Assembly: GCF_032444005.1 (NCBI RefSeq)
Contig: NC_091290.1
Span: forward strand, 14,074,001 to 14,138,000
Source of the DNA: Ranitomeya imitator
Lineage: Eukaryota
Direction of reading: 5' to 3'
Length of the DNA: 64,000 nt
The notes beneath the pieces were generated by a model. That model was given only the letters and a program-made list of their open reading frames with translations, was not told where the DNA came from and did not search any database. Positions 12,284-26,949 of the stretch are shown one piece after another. A program made the translations under genes and the position numbers. How positions within the stretch are numbered: the stretch's first letter is position 1; every line of letters starts with the position of its first letter.

Positions 12284-13769
12284 AGGACTTTTTCGACATT
12301 GCAGAACCAAACGCATCTATGACCGGCTGCTGCACTAATATTTCAGAGCCAAATGCAGGTGGTGTAACTTACATTGAAGCCTTTGGGTAAAAATCAAACA
12401 GGATTATTATTATTTTTATTTTGCAAAAGGTCAAATTGCGCTAGAATCTGGTTACGATGCAACGTTATTCACGATCATTAGATGCAATGTTGCAATGTGA
12501 CACCACAGCCTTCCTGTTGCATCACCTGCAGTTGTGTAGCCATAGCTTTAGGTCTCTCTTAAAGGGGTGTCTAAACTTAGTCCTAGATAGCTGAGGATTG
12601 ACAGTTCAGGCAAGAGGAATAGTCGTGTCCCTGGTCCAGACCGAGTGCTCCCTCTGCAGCATGGAAAAAGAGCAGGAGGACTGAGGATGGTCGAACCCGG
12701 AGATACGACCATCTTCAGAGCAGCGCTAAAGCAAAAAGTTTATAGGCGCTTCACTCCTCGCCTAAGGAAACCATCCACCTCTGATAGACTGCAGAAGTGG
12801 CCGGTGATCTTAGCAACTAACGGAAAACTATAAAATTAGAAAATCCTCCTTTCTTGAGAACCCAAATTTTTTTTAATTAGAACAAAGTTGCTTGTTTTCT
12901 TATAAGCACTTTGCAGTTTTACACATTTCAGAAAATGAAACTTTACAAAAAAAGGTGGAGGGGGATTCTGCACTGAAGACCCTATAATGAAGCCGGATTT
13001 GGGGGTCGTTAGTAAATCTGCAGATTGTCTATTCAGTAAGTTGGTGGATCACAACCGTTGCAGGATTTCTAATGTCCGTTGTTAGTAGCGTTCCCAAAAC
13101 ACAGCTATATTTTGCAGTTTAGCGTTAGGATAAGGATGCATGATCTGCGCGGCCTTACAGACATCAGGCTGCGATTCCCATTGAAATAAATATGTTGGTA
13201 TTACTTCCAGTTCTCGCTGCCATCAGCTGTCATTGCCGGGGGCAGCCATGTCTGCGTCATCCTTTTATGACCTCAATGTACCCAGATAGGACATATGGAC
13301 AGGGATTGCTGCAGGGAGACACCCTGGGGGTCTTACTTCATAGCTGCAAGTCTCTATTTCCCCTCTAGGTGGTGCTGTTACCATTGTGGGTTATGAAGTG
13401 GTCCAGTAACTTCAGATTTCTGCAGGAAACTTCGAGATTTTCAACTAAACCAAAAGAATTAAGGGAAAGTTTACTGCAGACATTCCAGAAATTAATGGGA
13501 ATATTATAATAATTCATTTATGTTTTTTTTTTTATTTTGTGTGCAATATCTTATTAAATGCAGGTGTTGGATGGTGATCATCAGCTGATGGATCGCATAT
13601 GAAAGGGGTCACCTGTTGTGATATTACAGTAGAGGGGATTATTCTTTTTGACTTGGAGTATTACTTCTTTTTAAAGAGGCATGCAGGACATCACTAGTCT
13701 TATAAGAGGACACTTGGGATATTATTTCTTTAAAAGCGAGCAATCGGGGCATTATCAGTGTATAAGGGG

Positions 13770-14960
13770 GCACTTGGATCATTATTATTTTAAAAGAGGG
13801 CATTATTACTTAATAAGGGGGCATTATTACTTAATAAGGGGGAATTATTACTTAATATGAGGACACCTGGTGCATTATTACTTAATAAGGGGACAGATGA
13901 GGCTTTATTACTTAGTAAGAAGACATCTGGGGATTATTACTTAATAAGAGGATACTTGAGGCATTTTTATTTAATAAGGGGACACCTGGGGACTATTACT
14001 TAAAAAGGGGGCACCTGGGGATTATTAATTTTTAAGGGGACAGCTGTGGCATTATTACTTAATAAGGGGACACCTGGGGCATTATTACTTAATAAGGGGA
14101 CTCTGGGGACTATTACTTAATAAGGGGACAGCTGTGGCATTATTACTTAATAAGGGGACACCTGGGGCATTATTACTTAATAAGGAGACACCTGGGGACT
14201 ATTACTTAATAAGGGGACAGCTGTGGCATTATTACTTAATAAGGGGACACCTGGGGCATTATTACTTAATAAGGAGACACCTGGGGACTATTAATAAGGG
14301 GACACCTGGGGATTATTACTTAATAAGGAGACACCTGGACCATTATTACTTAATAAGGGGACACCTGGGGATTATTACTTAATAAGGGGACAGCTAAGGC
14401 ATTATTACTTAATAAGAAGACATCTGGGGATAATTATTTAATAAGGGGATACTTGAGGTATTATTACTTAATAAGGGGACACCTGGAGACTATTACTTAA
14501 AAAGGGGGCACCTGGGGCATTATTACATAATAAGTGGGCACCTGGGGATTATTAGTTAATCAGGGGACAGCTGGGGCATTATTATTTAAAAAGGGGGCAC
14601 CTGGGGATTATTGCTTAATAAGGGGACACCTGGGGCATTATTACTTAATAAGTGGGCACCTGGGGATTATTAGTTAATAAGGGGACAGCTGGGGCATTAT
14701 TATTTAAAAAGGGGGCACCTGGGGATTATTGCTTAATAAGGGGACACCTGGGGCATTATTACTTAATAAGGGGACACCTGGGGACTATTACTTAAAAAGG
14801 GGGCACCTGGGGCATTATTACGTAATAAGTGGGCACCTGGGGATTATTAGTTAATAAGGGGGCAGCTGGGGCATTATTATTTAAAAAGGGGGCACCTGGG
14901 GATTATTGCTTAATAAGGGGGCACCTGGGGATTATTGCTTAATAAGGGGGCACTCACAGC
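13770..14960. repeat. ~30-31-bp minisatellite (CATTATTACTTAATAAGGGGACACCTGGGG)n
   Basis: Read directly; copies more degenerate toward 13700. Confidence 0.92.
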
Positions 14961-16039
14961 ATTGTTAAATTATAAGTGGGCATTTGTGCAATTTTTACCT
15001 TGAACTTTATCGTTTCCCAAGCGCCCCCTACAAAGCACCACAGAGGGGGCTTCTGCAATCTCTTTGCACAGAATGTGGCTCTCAATAGAAGAAAGTTTGG
15101 GGTCCCCTGAACTATACATTTTAAATTATTATTTTACTAACTGGCCCGTGATGGTCCTAATATTAAATTGAAGCTACATATTCAGCTGCCGAACCCTTGA
15201 TTCCTCGTCCCCGCTGCCAGTGTCCTTTATCTTCCGGTTCAGATGGGACGTCGCTGCTGCGGTGATTGCTGATTAGCTGCAGTGGTCACTTGACATCCAG
15301 CGATGTGGAGGGATGGCTCGGTGAGTAAGTGTTTTTGGACCACAATTTGTACACTTTTAATAATGACCATGGGTTTTTCTATGTTAGATCTCCGGAGAGC
15401 TTTGTGCTCACTATATATGTCACATGAGAATTACGAGGCGCGTCCCTGAACCTAATAAGATAAGAGTCTGGGCCGGGGTTATAAAATCCTCAGGTATGCT
15501 ATATATAACCGCGGCGGTGGCATTAATCCCACAAGCAGCTTTCCCAGGTGCCCGGAGTGGGGATGAGTCTTGTAGAAGATTGCAGCCTCTCAGATGCGAG
15601 GACTTTACATATTCCAGCATTAAGTGCCTGTCATCATCTAAACAGAGGAAAACATATTTTGCACATGTTCTGCCAAGATGAACACCACCTGACGAAATCC
15701 TGGCTCCACTTGTGAGAACTGGAATCTGTTGATGCCACCCGTCTGCCCGCTTGTGGTTCAAACATATATTTAAGTTGATTATTCTTGGCAGAAAAACACA
15801 ACTCGGAGTCAATCCCGGCACTTTGTAAAGTTCATGTGTCTCTTCCTGTTTATGGAGGATATACAACTCTGACAAGCAAGAAAAAGGTGCCCCGTCTACG
15901 GCATCTATGGCGGCACATTTTATTTTACTGCTAAGGCAGATCCCTAACCCCGATCAATCCTTATAGAGTGTGTTTCCAAATAAACAATGCTCATAATGAA
16001 CAGATTAATACCCCTTTTATGGCTCCCTTACAGTATGAT

Positions 16040-17185
16040 GCTCCAAAGATGCCCTCCATACACATTGCCCACACAGTGCCCCACACAAAGTACAGTATAA
16101 AACCCCCACATTACATTCCCTTAATTCACACTAAGATGCCCCCAAAGCCCCCACACACAGTAAAATGCCCCCTCAGTCCTCCACACACAGTAAGATGCCC
16201 CCACAGTTCTCCACCCAAAGTACAGTATAAAACCCACACATTACATTCCCTTAATTCACATTATGATGCCCCCAAAGCTCCCACACACAGTATGAAAGCC
16301 CGGGAGTCCCTCACACACAGTAAGATGCCCCCACAGTTCTCCACACACAATATGATGTCCCATAGTTCCTCACACACTGTATGATGCTCCATAGTTCCTC
16401 ACACACAGTATGAGGCCTTTTCAGTGTCTCCCCCACAGTCTAATGCCATCACAGTTACCCATACACAGTATGATGCCCCATAGTTCCCCACACACAGTGT
16501 GAGGCCCTCACGGTTTCCCTCCCACAGTATGATGCCTCACAGTTCCCCACACACAGTGTGAGGCCCTCACAGTTCTCCACACACATTGTGAGGCCCTCAC
16601 AGTTCCCCACACACATTGTGAGGCCCTCACAGTTCCCCACACACATTGTGAGGCCCTCACAATTCCCCACACACAGTGTGAGCCCCTCACAGTTCCCCAC
16701 ACACAGTGTGAGCCCCTCACAGTTCTCCACACACAGTGTGAGGCCCTCTCTGTTCCCCACACACAGTGTGAAGCCCTCTCTGTTCCCCACACACAGTGTG
16801 AGCCCCTCACAGTTCCCCACACACAGTGTGAGGCCCTCTCTGTTCCCCACACACAGTGTGAGGCCCTCACATTTCCCCATACACAGTGTGAGGCCCTCAC
16901 ATTTCCCCATACACAGTGTGAGCCCCTCACAGTTCTCCACACACAGTGTGAGGCCCTCTCTGTTCCCCACACACAGTGTGAGGCCCTCTCTGTTCCCCAC
17001 ACACAGTGTGAGCCCCTCACAGTTCCCCACACACAGTGTGAGGCCCTCTCTGTTCCCCACACACAGTGTGAGGCCCTCACATTTCCCCATACACAGTGTG
17101 AGGCCCTCACATTTCCCCCCCACACAGTGTGAGACCCTCACATTTCCCCATACACAGTGTGAGCCCTTCACAGTTCCCCACACAA
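16040..17185. repeat. ~30-bp minisatellite (CACACAGTGTGAGGCCCTCACAGTTCCCCA)n, homogeneous from about 16480
   Basis: Read directly; 10-aa periodic ORFs. Confidence 0.92.
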
Positions 17186-20100
17186 TCAACTCTTACCACA
17201 AGTAAGATTCTCCACACTGCTCCCTTTTCCCCACATTGTGGTGCCTCTTCGCTCTACTGGCAGATTAAAAAAACAAGTACACACATCAAATTGTTTCAAG
17301 TGTAATATCCTGAGGCTGACAGGTACCACCACATGTCGTCTTATCCACAAATACAGTCTTTGTGGACAAAGAGCCATGTTTTTATATCTAATCACCTGAC
17401 TAATTTCGCCCCCACTGGTCCTATATGAACCATTTTTCAGATATCTTGATGCTGAAACGTATCAATCCAGGAAACTTTTACACATAGTAGCAGCAACAGA
17501 ATACAAATCAAATACTTCACAGTTTGGTTAGTCCGTAATCCCCTCGATAAAATTTGTTTTGGGAAAAACTTCCCTTTTTGATAAAGATCGGTTGGGAGGA
17601 GGCCTCTCTTTAGAAGGAGCGTAGAGTTCAAGGTTTCTTTGACATTTGATAGAGTTTTTTAGAACTTTTACCTTGCCACATTTGTAAATCCTTGCAAGAT
17701 AGTTCTGGAACAACCACATAGTTTCAACAAAGGCTGTTAGTGGGAGATCCTTTGATAACGTTACCTTAATTTTCCACCACGGGTTATGTCTGCGACATGG
17801 AGACACGAAGCCCCGCACGACGAGGGTGAGATCTTCCATTACTATATCCCCTACGATCACTAGAATTTTCCTTGATGGGCGAGAGGAGGACACACGGGCA
17901 ATTGTTTATTAGCGCTCACTTGACTCTATTTCCTTTGTTTATATATGTTACGTGATTTTGGAATCCTAAAAATGTTAATAAAAATATTCTAAAAAAAAAA
18001 AAAAAAACAAGCCTCGTTCTTACGATGAGCAGAGCATTCTGTATCTGATCCCAACACAGCAGGCGTGATCCCTGATCCCTGACATCATCGCGGCACCTTC
18101 TCCAAGCCTCAGGCGGCACAGACGAATGGTGGAGCGGGGACCTGACAAATCCCTGCTCCTCCATTATAGTCAACCGTGTCTTTAAGGTGCAGATACAATT
18201 GAAAAACAGACATGCTGCCGACATCCTCGGACATACACAGGGAATACCCCAAAAATTAAGGAACCCCCGTAGCAAATCTCGGAATTGAGAGCGTGAACAA
18301 ATGTATTTTTTTTAATTAAAGTTAATAGTTAAAAGCATATAAAGTTAAAAACAAATTGTCAGCTCTCCACCAAAGTCAGAAAAAAGAGACCCAACGGCCC
18401 CTGCCAAAAAAAAAAAAAATCCTGAATCCTCCCAGAATTCAGTGGAGGAGAAGTGACAATGACATGAGGTTGGGCAATGCCTGAACAATTTCTCAACTAG
18501 TCTTCTCTCGGATGCTGGCCAATAAAAGTTGGCAAGTAAAAAAAAATTGTAATTATAATAGTATCAGACTTATAGCATTTACATAGTACGGTATATTCCA
18601 TAAATGTCTAATAGATGCCGTCCCTTCTCTGAGACTAATAGCTACATGTGAGGCCACCATATTAGGGCAGACCATGAATGGAGAAGTAGCCATCTGGTGT
18701 CTTCACACAAAGTTGCAGGTCCCAAGAACTGGTGAAGGAATCATCTATAAGACCCTCCTAGGTCCACTCGTTTTGATGTAGGCTGCCTCCCTGATATATA
18801 TTCCATGGTAGGTACTCAGCTCTAGGTGTTTTTTTTCCCCCCAGCGACCATGCAACTAGTGTTTCGATAAGCTGTGGATTATTGGGCAATGTAGGTGAGC
18901 AATGCAGATGCCCAGAGCAGCATATTCGGGATGGAAGCCCTTTGAGAGTGAATACATCTCCTGATAACCTACTTAAAGTGGATTTTCGCCCATAGCTTTA
19001 AAATGTCCAATTATTAGTAAATTAGAAGTTAGAGCAGCAGCCAAAGTTTGGGCATTATGTTTCACTTACTTAAAGAGATATTGTAATTTTTCTCTTTGGT
19101 TGTGTCGGCCATTTTTTACAAAAGGAACAACAGGAAGTGCAGCCCTATTATCACCTTTAAATGAACTGATGGTAATATTCTCACTTTGTTACATGGACAG
19201 AACGACAGTTCATCGTGTTTCCTTAAATCCATTTGAAAGGAGAAATAACGAATAAAACTTGACTACCTGTTGTCACTTTTGCAAAAAATGGCTGACGCAA
19301 AAACACAGAAAAATGGCAATATCTCTTAAAGTGAAGCATACACAATTGGCAAACTTCGGCTACGGCTTTAACGTCTCATTTACTGATATAGGACATGTTT
19401 AAAGTTTGGGGCGAGGATCCACTTTAAGGGAGTGGAATTTTACAACCTCCAGTAAATGAAAAATATTTCCAGCTTTCCAGGGTTGGTCGGTGTTAATCAT
19501 TGCGCCACCTTGAGATTCCCTGTCAAACAAAAAGTCTACCGTCTTCAAAAGCTCTAAACTTGCAAAATACCAAACATGCAAAGTATTTTTAGAAAGTTTA
19601 CAAAGGATCTATAATGGCTGTACACACAGGAGCACAAAATAGAGTTCATGTTCAGGGTGACACGAGTACTGGGGAGCGGGACGCTTGGCCTGGCTGCCCG
19701 GTCACACACAGACTTTGTTTGGCAATGTCACAGAGTTTAATCAAAACTGTGGTTTCCCAATAATTACACTATGCCCGATTCTGCGAAATTTCTAAAATAG
19801 ACATTGAACATTTTATGCTTCAATTAAAGGAGTTGTCCCGAAATCACAAGATACGTCACAAGTCTCTGAACGCTGATGAAGAGAACAAGATTTTGGGATC
19901 GGCTACCTTAGTATTGCGAATGCGCGATCTGGGCTGCAAGAAAAGGGGATGTGGAGACACGAGGGTCAGCGAGTGCCCTAGTCCGCTAGCCGAAACCGCA
20001 TGGACCAGGGATCATCCCACCAAACGCCTGCTCTCCTTTCACCATGGGCGTAATACAACTCAGACAACACAGGATGAGGGTAAAACAGTGGCAATAATTT

Positions 20101-23100
20101 AGTGAACCACAGAACAGGCAGAAAACACGTAAAACAGTCCGAGCACCATACTCAAAAATGTGCAAAATCACAGAATCTCACCCCTCCGCTGACTCGCCGG
20201 GATAGGAGCAGCTATAACTTTAGAGCTTCTACAGCTGACTACCCTACCTGTGGCACGCACACAGAGGAGGTAACAACAAGCTTAGGGAGCTGACAGTCCA
20301 CTGAGGTACAAGGCCAGGTGACCGGTGGGTCACAACCTGGCTTCTTCAAACGTGTTCATAGAGCCAGGTGACCAGTGGGTCCAAATCCTGGCTTTCCCAA
20401 ACGTATCCATGGGGCTCAAGTGACCATTGGGTGCATGTCCTGACCTCCCCAAAGGTATCCATGGGTTCAGTGATGGTCCCCTAAGGTGGCATCCTATAGA
20501 ATGACAAATCTGTGTCCCTCGTGATGGAGCCATGATCTGGTAGCGATCCTGTAGAGGTTTCCTGGCTGTAGTTTTGTAAAGAGTTTCTGGATCTCTTGGA
20601 GGTCTGGATGTATTTTGTTACAGAGGCATATCCTATTTTTATGGTTCACCACTGTTCTTCAAGCCAATATTCACAGGTCTAGGGGAAGGGGTGATGAGGT
20701 TAACCTGCATTGTTTGGTTATTTATAGTTTATCGTTCAATGTTTGCAAGTCAACAAACGGCATGGCTTGGTATAATGTGAAATCAACATATCAGCGAACA
20801 TCATTGTTCAGTGACCCTGCATCCCTGTTTTGCAAAGATAACAGAACAATAACATTTAGGAGCTGATATAAGAGGTAAATAGCAACCATCCATCAATTTA
20901 CAAATATCAATTTAAACTACAAGAAGAGTCAACATTTCAGACTCTTCACCAAACGAAGAGAGAAATGCATACGTTAAAAAAATCAACATATAGATAACAG
21001 CCTATTCCTCTTGGCTTACTGAAAACAGACGTCTGTTACCCCGGTGGCGTCACAGGGATAACAGGGGTAACCCCATTCTTGTGGTCATTGAAGGTCTCAA
21101 AAGATGATGATTCTGATTGTGTGGTGTGGAGGGGGTCTCGGTGATAATGAGAGCACGATATTGGGAGTAGCTTTTTTTAGTCAATTCCATGGTGAGTGAA
21201 CAGCGCAGCAGTGCATTAAAATAGGGTGGTGCATGTGACTGTCTCACTCAGTCCCATAGAGGGTGAACAGCACAGCACTGCGCATGCATGACCTGCACTC
21301 CATTCACACAGGAGACACATGGCACCTTTTTTTTTTTTATTGTTCAGGGTCCCAGGTTCCTAATCATGGATGGTACCAGGGTGCATTAAAATAGGGTGCT
21401 GCACCTGCCTGTCTCAGTCAGTCCCACAAAAAGTGAACGGTGCAGCAGTGCGCATTAGTGACCTACTCTGTTTTCTCAAAAGCCCCCCGATCATTCCATA
21501 AATCGCCCTGCAGCGGTCATTGCCTTTTCTGGCGCTATATTTGGCTTCTCCCTCTTCATGCACCCAAGAATGGAGAATAGCTGTATGGCGGCACTACTAT
21601 GTAGGTACCATGTGGCGTCATACGTTCACGTCCATTTTTTCCTTTTTTTCCATCATCATACATGCATTGTCGTCAGGTACTTTGTTTGTATCATTACCTT
21701 TTGGGCTTTAATTCTCGACGGATAGTTTTGGGGAGGGGGGGACAAGATAATAATGGAGGGGGCCATATATACGAATACGTTTTGCAGACCCTGCGCCCCA
21801 CCGAACCTGGATTGTGTAACATCCCAACAATGGGCACATTTTATTTCTAGTCCTAGCTCCTCTGATGCCAATCATGGCACATCATTAGCCAATAATGTGT
21901 TGTGCCAACAGTCGTGTAATTGGATTGTAGAAAGTCACAGTTTATGAAACAGGCAGCGACGTCATTAGGAATTACGGTAATTATGCCGTCAAATGTTAAT
22001 GTCTCATTAAAGGCAGGAAGAAAACTAAGTACCCATGCGCCCCAAAGGGTAAAATCCACTGAAAATGAGGTCAGAAGATCACTGGACTGCTGGGAAAAAA
22101 AATGGGAACACATAGGTCTGCATGGGAGCTGTATACATAAAACGGTATTTTAAGTTGCTCCATGATTTCTTTTAATATGCATTGCAGCTATAAAAAAAAA
22201 AAGGTTTCATACTTTATTGTATCCATGAATCTGCAGCTCGTGTCCAGGGCAGACGCTATGTGAGGTGCAGATGTGATAGTGCCAATACCCCGGAGCTCAT
22301 AGCACATCTGTCAATTCAATTCACCCCCTATAAGATAAAGTTGCTTTTGGCGGACATACCACTGTAATACGTCCCGTAACTGTACCCATTCTCATGCACT
22401 GTAACTCGCCATCCATTTTTTTCTCAGTAGGCAGTTCCTCTTCATAATCATTCTGCCAGCCCTATAGGAGCAGGGACATCCTTCACCACGCTTCCCAGCA
22501 AAGCATTGATTCTGCCTCTGTCTGATATCTTACCTAGCCTGAAATTACAGCTCATCTCACTGTATATTGTTTTCCAGACTGGAGAACAAGAGCATTCAAG
22601 GAACTGTCCTGATTCTCAAGCTCACTAAATCGCCATCCTCTCTTTTGTCTGTTCCTCTTTATCAGTATTCTGCCAGCACTATAGGTGCTGGAACCTCTAT
22701 TCTCTCTTCATTTTTTATGATGCATTTTTTTCCTGTCACTCTCCAGTGTCTTGTCTGCCCTGAACTGTCGCTCTGTTATTCTTGTATTTTACCAGACAGA
22801 AGAACTGAAGTATAAATATGGCCAGGGACAGTCCTGAGTCTCTTTCTCTGTAACTTGCCATCCTTTTTCAGCGGTTGGTTCCTCTACATCAGTGTTCCAC
22901 CTGCACTATAGGTGCTTGAACCTCCACACCCTTCCCCCTCATTTTCCATAATGCATTATGTATTTAACTAGACAGAAGAGCTGAAGCATAAATATGGCGA
23001 GGAAGAGTCCTGATTCTCCTGCTCCGTAACTTGTCAACATGAAAGGGCGCTTCCTCTATCAACGTTCTACCAGCACTATGTGCACTGGAACCTCCTTTAC

Positions 23101-23599
23101 CATACTTCCTAGCATGAAATGCTTTTACTATTGTCCCTTGGTTTGCTGTCTGTCTGTATTCAGTTACTTTAACCGATGCATTTGCTGATTATGTCGTCTC
23201 CTGGCACAAATGCATTTCTTGCTGACTACAAAGACGTGAAAATCAAGATCAACATAAAGCTAAAAATATATCTATATATCACTTATTTTGTGTAGTTCTT
23301 TAGGAGGAGCAGCCACAGCTGCACTGCCACCACATGGGGATCTCTAGCAGTAGGGGGTCCTGAACCCTTGGCCCACCTATAACCAGGGGGCACAGGTTAT
23401 TAGAAGATTGGTGCCAGGTGTTTGCTGAGTAATGACAGATTGGTGTCATTCCAGAGTCCAGAATGGAGACATCCAAGATGGATTATTTGCCCCCCAGGTC
23501 CTGAAGACAAAAATGTAAGAGATACCTTGTGATGAGTCTTCGTGGTGGTCTGCAGTGTACAGCTAGGGGCTGTAAGGACAGAAGTACTGGGACACCCGC

Positions 23600-24105
23600 A
23601 CGTGATCTTCCAGGGACCTTCCTAAATCCATAGACATTAATATGGAGTCTGTATGGACCTCATGCACTGGGCACAGTCATGGGGGGTAGATAAGGGTCTT
23701 CCCCAAATTGTTCCCACAAAGTTGAGGCTACAATTGTCCACAATGTCTTCTGCTGAAGATGAAGGTTTCCCATCACTGGAGCTGAGGGTCCGCCGCCGCC
23801 CCCTGATAACAGCCCATAGCATTATCCCCTCCACCATCTGTACAGGGGGCACAATGCAGTCAGGGGGTAACGTGCTCCTGGAATCACGAAACCCAGACTC
23901 CTCCATCAGACGCAGATAGAGAAGTGCGATCCGTCACTGCACAGAACACGTCTCCTCCAGAGTCCAGTGGTGGCGGCTTCACACCACTCCATCCGACGTT
24001 CAGCATTGTGCTTGGTGATGTACAGCCGTTCAGCCGTGAAGCTCCCGGCAGGGGCGCAGTGTTTGTACTGACACCAGAGGAGGTCTGGACTCTGTAGTTA
24101 TGGGG
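23600..24105 (-). pseudogene. Degenerate Tc1/mariner transposase fragment
   Basis: ORF 23637-23906 gives LPPDCIVPPV..GIMLWAV..DIVDN..HDCA, matching the Tc1 pattern LPDCIVPTVK..GIMVWGCF..DILDN..QHDCAP; frameshifted. Confidence 0.75.
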
Positions 24106-25212
24106 TCAGCAGAGCGGTGGTGACTTTTCTGCCCTCTGCTCCTCAGCACTTGGCTCCCCGCTCGGTAACGTTACGGGGTCCGAGTTGCTGTGGTGCTTGC
24201 TCCTATCACAGGACGGTTCTGGTATCAGGAGCTCTGCACCACCGGCCGCTTTGTCACATGGTAGTAAAGAAAGACATGGCGGGGGGCTGGAGGTTATACA
24301 CCGAGGGTGGGGGGCCAAGTGCTATACACCGGGTGGATAATGGGGCTAGATTTTATGCAATGGGGGGCAATAGGGTGGGATGGTTATACACAGGGGGACA
24401 AGGGCCTGATGTTATACACAAGGGGGCAATGTGGCCGATTAAGACCCATGTCCCAATACTTTTCTCCATATAGCGGCGAGATAGGCGGTAAAGCATCTCC
24501 GGCGTACGCCATGGTGTAATATACGGGTTGACGGTGGGTAGCCTCGTTGGATGACCTAATATACAAAATAGCTGTAAGGTTAGGGGGGCTGCAGAATGGT
24601 GGATGAGAAATCCAACTATTTGATGTTATTTCCTCTTCATTAACCGGATGGCGAGGGCGCGGGGGGCATACGGGGGCCATACGGTGGGACGGTCGTTTTC
24701 CAGCGCCGCCGTCATGAATAATACATAGGAGCCATGTGAGCTACACGGATCATACAAGAATCCCCCAGGCATCATTCATGCCCCTTGTTCGGCCTAGGTT
24801 TCCTGGTGACCCCAGAACCGACAATGCCATGACAGATATAGCCAGAGAAGGGCACATCCTCAGAATGGGGTCACACCAGGAAACTTCCTGAGGAGGAGCA
24901 GATGAGAGAGAGTTAATGGCCACAGACAGAGGGGTGGAGAGATGTGAGCAATGGGTGGAGGAGAAGAGCAGATCACAGGCTCCAGAGCTAAAGTGTGACA
25001 TTCCTGCAGGGAGGCTGAGGAGAAGTGCAGACCCCCTGGCTGTGCAGAGTCAGGGGTCTTCATGAGCATCTGCTCAGGGTGGGGACAGCAGGCACCAGCT
25101 CGGGGTGAGTACTGAAGTATCAGGGGAACAGCCAGCCCTGCTTCCTAAATCATGCAAGGGTTTCATGCATTTTAGTCCTTTTGCAAAACAATGATGTCAG
25201 TGATGTATTCTA

Positions 25213-26522
25213 GTGCAGCAGAGCTGTGTTTGTCAGGGCAGCAGAGCTGTGTTTGTCACATGCAGTAGAGCTGTGTTTGTCAGGGCAGCAGAGCTGTGTT
25301 TGTCAGGGCAGCAGAGCTGTGTTTGTCACATGCAGTAGAGCTGTGTTTGTCAGGGCAGCAGAGCTGTGTTTGTCAGGGCAGCAGAGCTGTGTTTGTCAGG
25401 GCAGCAGGGCTGTGTTTGTCAGGGCAGGAGAGCTGTGTTTGTCACATGCAGCAGAGCTGTGTTTGTCAGGGCAGGAGAGCTGTGTTTGTCACATGCAGCA
25501 GAGCTGTGTTTGTCAGGGCAGCAGAGCTGTGTTTGTCAGGGCAGGAGAGCTGTGTTTGTCACATGCAGCAGAGCTGTGTTTGTCAGGGCAGCAGAGCTGT
25601 GTTTGTCAGGGCAGGAGAGCTGTGTTTGTCACATGCAGCAGAGCTGTGTTTGTCAGGGCAGCAGAGCTGTGTTTGTCACATGCAGTAGAGCTGTGTTTGT
25701 CAGGGCAGCAGAGCTGTGTTTGTCAGGGCAGCAGAGCTGTGTTTGTCAGGGCAGGAGAGCTGTGTTTGTCACATGCAGCAGAGCTGTGTTTGTCAGGGCA
25801 GCAGAGCTGTGTTTGTCACATGCAGCAGAGCTGTGTTTGTCAAGGCAGCGGTGCTGTGTTTGTCAGGGCAGCGGTGCTGTGTTTGTCAGGGCAGCAGAGC
25901 TGTGTTTGTCAGGGCAGCAGGGCTGTGTTTGTCAGGGCAGGAGAGCTGTGTTTGTCACATGCAGCAGAGCTGTGTTTGTCAGGGCAGGAGAGCTGTGTTT
26001 GTCACATGCAGCAGAGCTGTGTTTGTCAGGGCAGCAGAGCTGTGTTTGTCAGGGCAGGAGAGCTGTGTTTGTCACATGCAGCAGAGCTGTGTTTGTCAGG
26101 GCAGCAGAGCTGTGTTTGTCACATGCAGTAGAGCTGTGTTTGTCAGGGCAGCAGAGCTGTGTTTGTCAGGGCAGCAGAGCTGTGTTTGTCAGGGCAGCAG
26201 AGCTGTGTTTGTCAGGGCAGGAGAGCTGTGTTTGTCACATGCAGCAGAGCTGTGTTTGTCAGGGCAGCAGAGCTGTGTTTGTCAGGGCAGCAGAGCTGTG
26301 TTTGTCAGGGCAGCAGAGCTGTGTTTGTCAGGGCAGGAGAGCTGTGTTTGTCACATGCAGCAGAGCTGTGTTTGTCAGGGCAGCAGAGCTGTGTTTGTCA
26401 CATGCAGCAGAGCTGTGTTAAGGCAGCGGTGCTGTGTTTGTCAGGGCAGCGGTGCTGTGTTTGTCAGGGCAGCAGAGCTGTGTTTGTCACATGCAGCAGA
26501 GCTGTGTTTGTCACATGCAGTG
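25213..26522. repeat. 23/24-bp minisatellite (GCAGCAGAGCTGTGTTTGTCAGG / ...GTCACAT)n
   Basis: Read directly; two interspersed unit lengths. Confidence 0.95.
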
Positions 26523-26949
26523 AAGCCTGTTTTTTGTATAGTTGTGCTGAGTTGGTCAGAGGTAGTGGACCTGTGTCAGTACAGTAGAGCCCAGCAGATG
26601 TAGCAGAGAGAAAGTTGTCATTTTTACAGCTCATTGTTATTTAATTCTTCTTGTAGTTTTACATGTTGCAGGTTTTTTTTTTTATTATTATTTTGCTGCA
26701 TTTCTTGAACAATTACAGTATGTGAATGCAGCCAAGGTTGACAACCGACATGTGTCATCACAATGCGGAGGAAATGCAGATCCGGCTCTGCTACACCTGT
26801 GCAATCATTTCTGTATTTTGGAAAACATGTATTGAACTATGTCAGAATCTGGTGTCTTATCTCCTGTTCAGCCGCGTATTGTAAAATGAAGCTGTTGGTT
26901 GTTTTAGGTAATTGTTCTATAAGCAACTTTCTATTATCTTATTCTTGCT

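Noticed and set aside
17528-18164. Possible two-exon gene on the minus strand (47-codon segment ending at a GTAAGA donor at 18024; 121-aa ORF 17528-17893)
   Set aside because: The phase-0 donor has no matching in-frame acceptor (candidate AGs give phase 1 or 2) and no protein family is recognised; a BLASTX search would settle it.
18845-18894. Exon-like segment on the plus strand (polypyrimidine-AG...GTGAGC)
   Set aside because: Could be a prr5l 5' UTR exon, but splice-like motifs alone are not enough support without transcript data.
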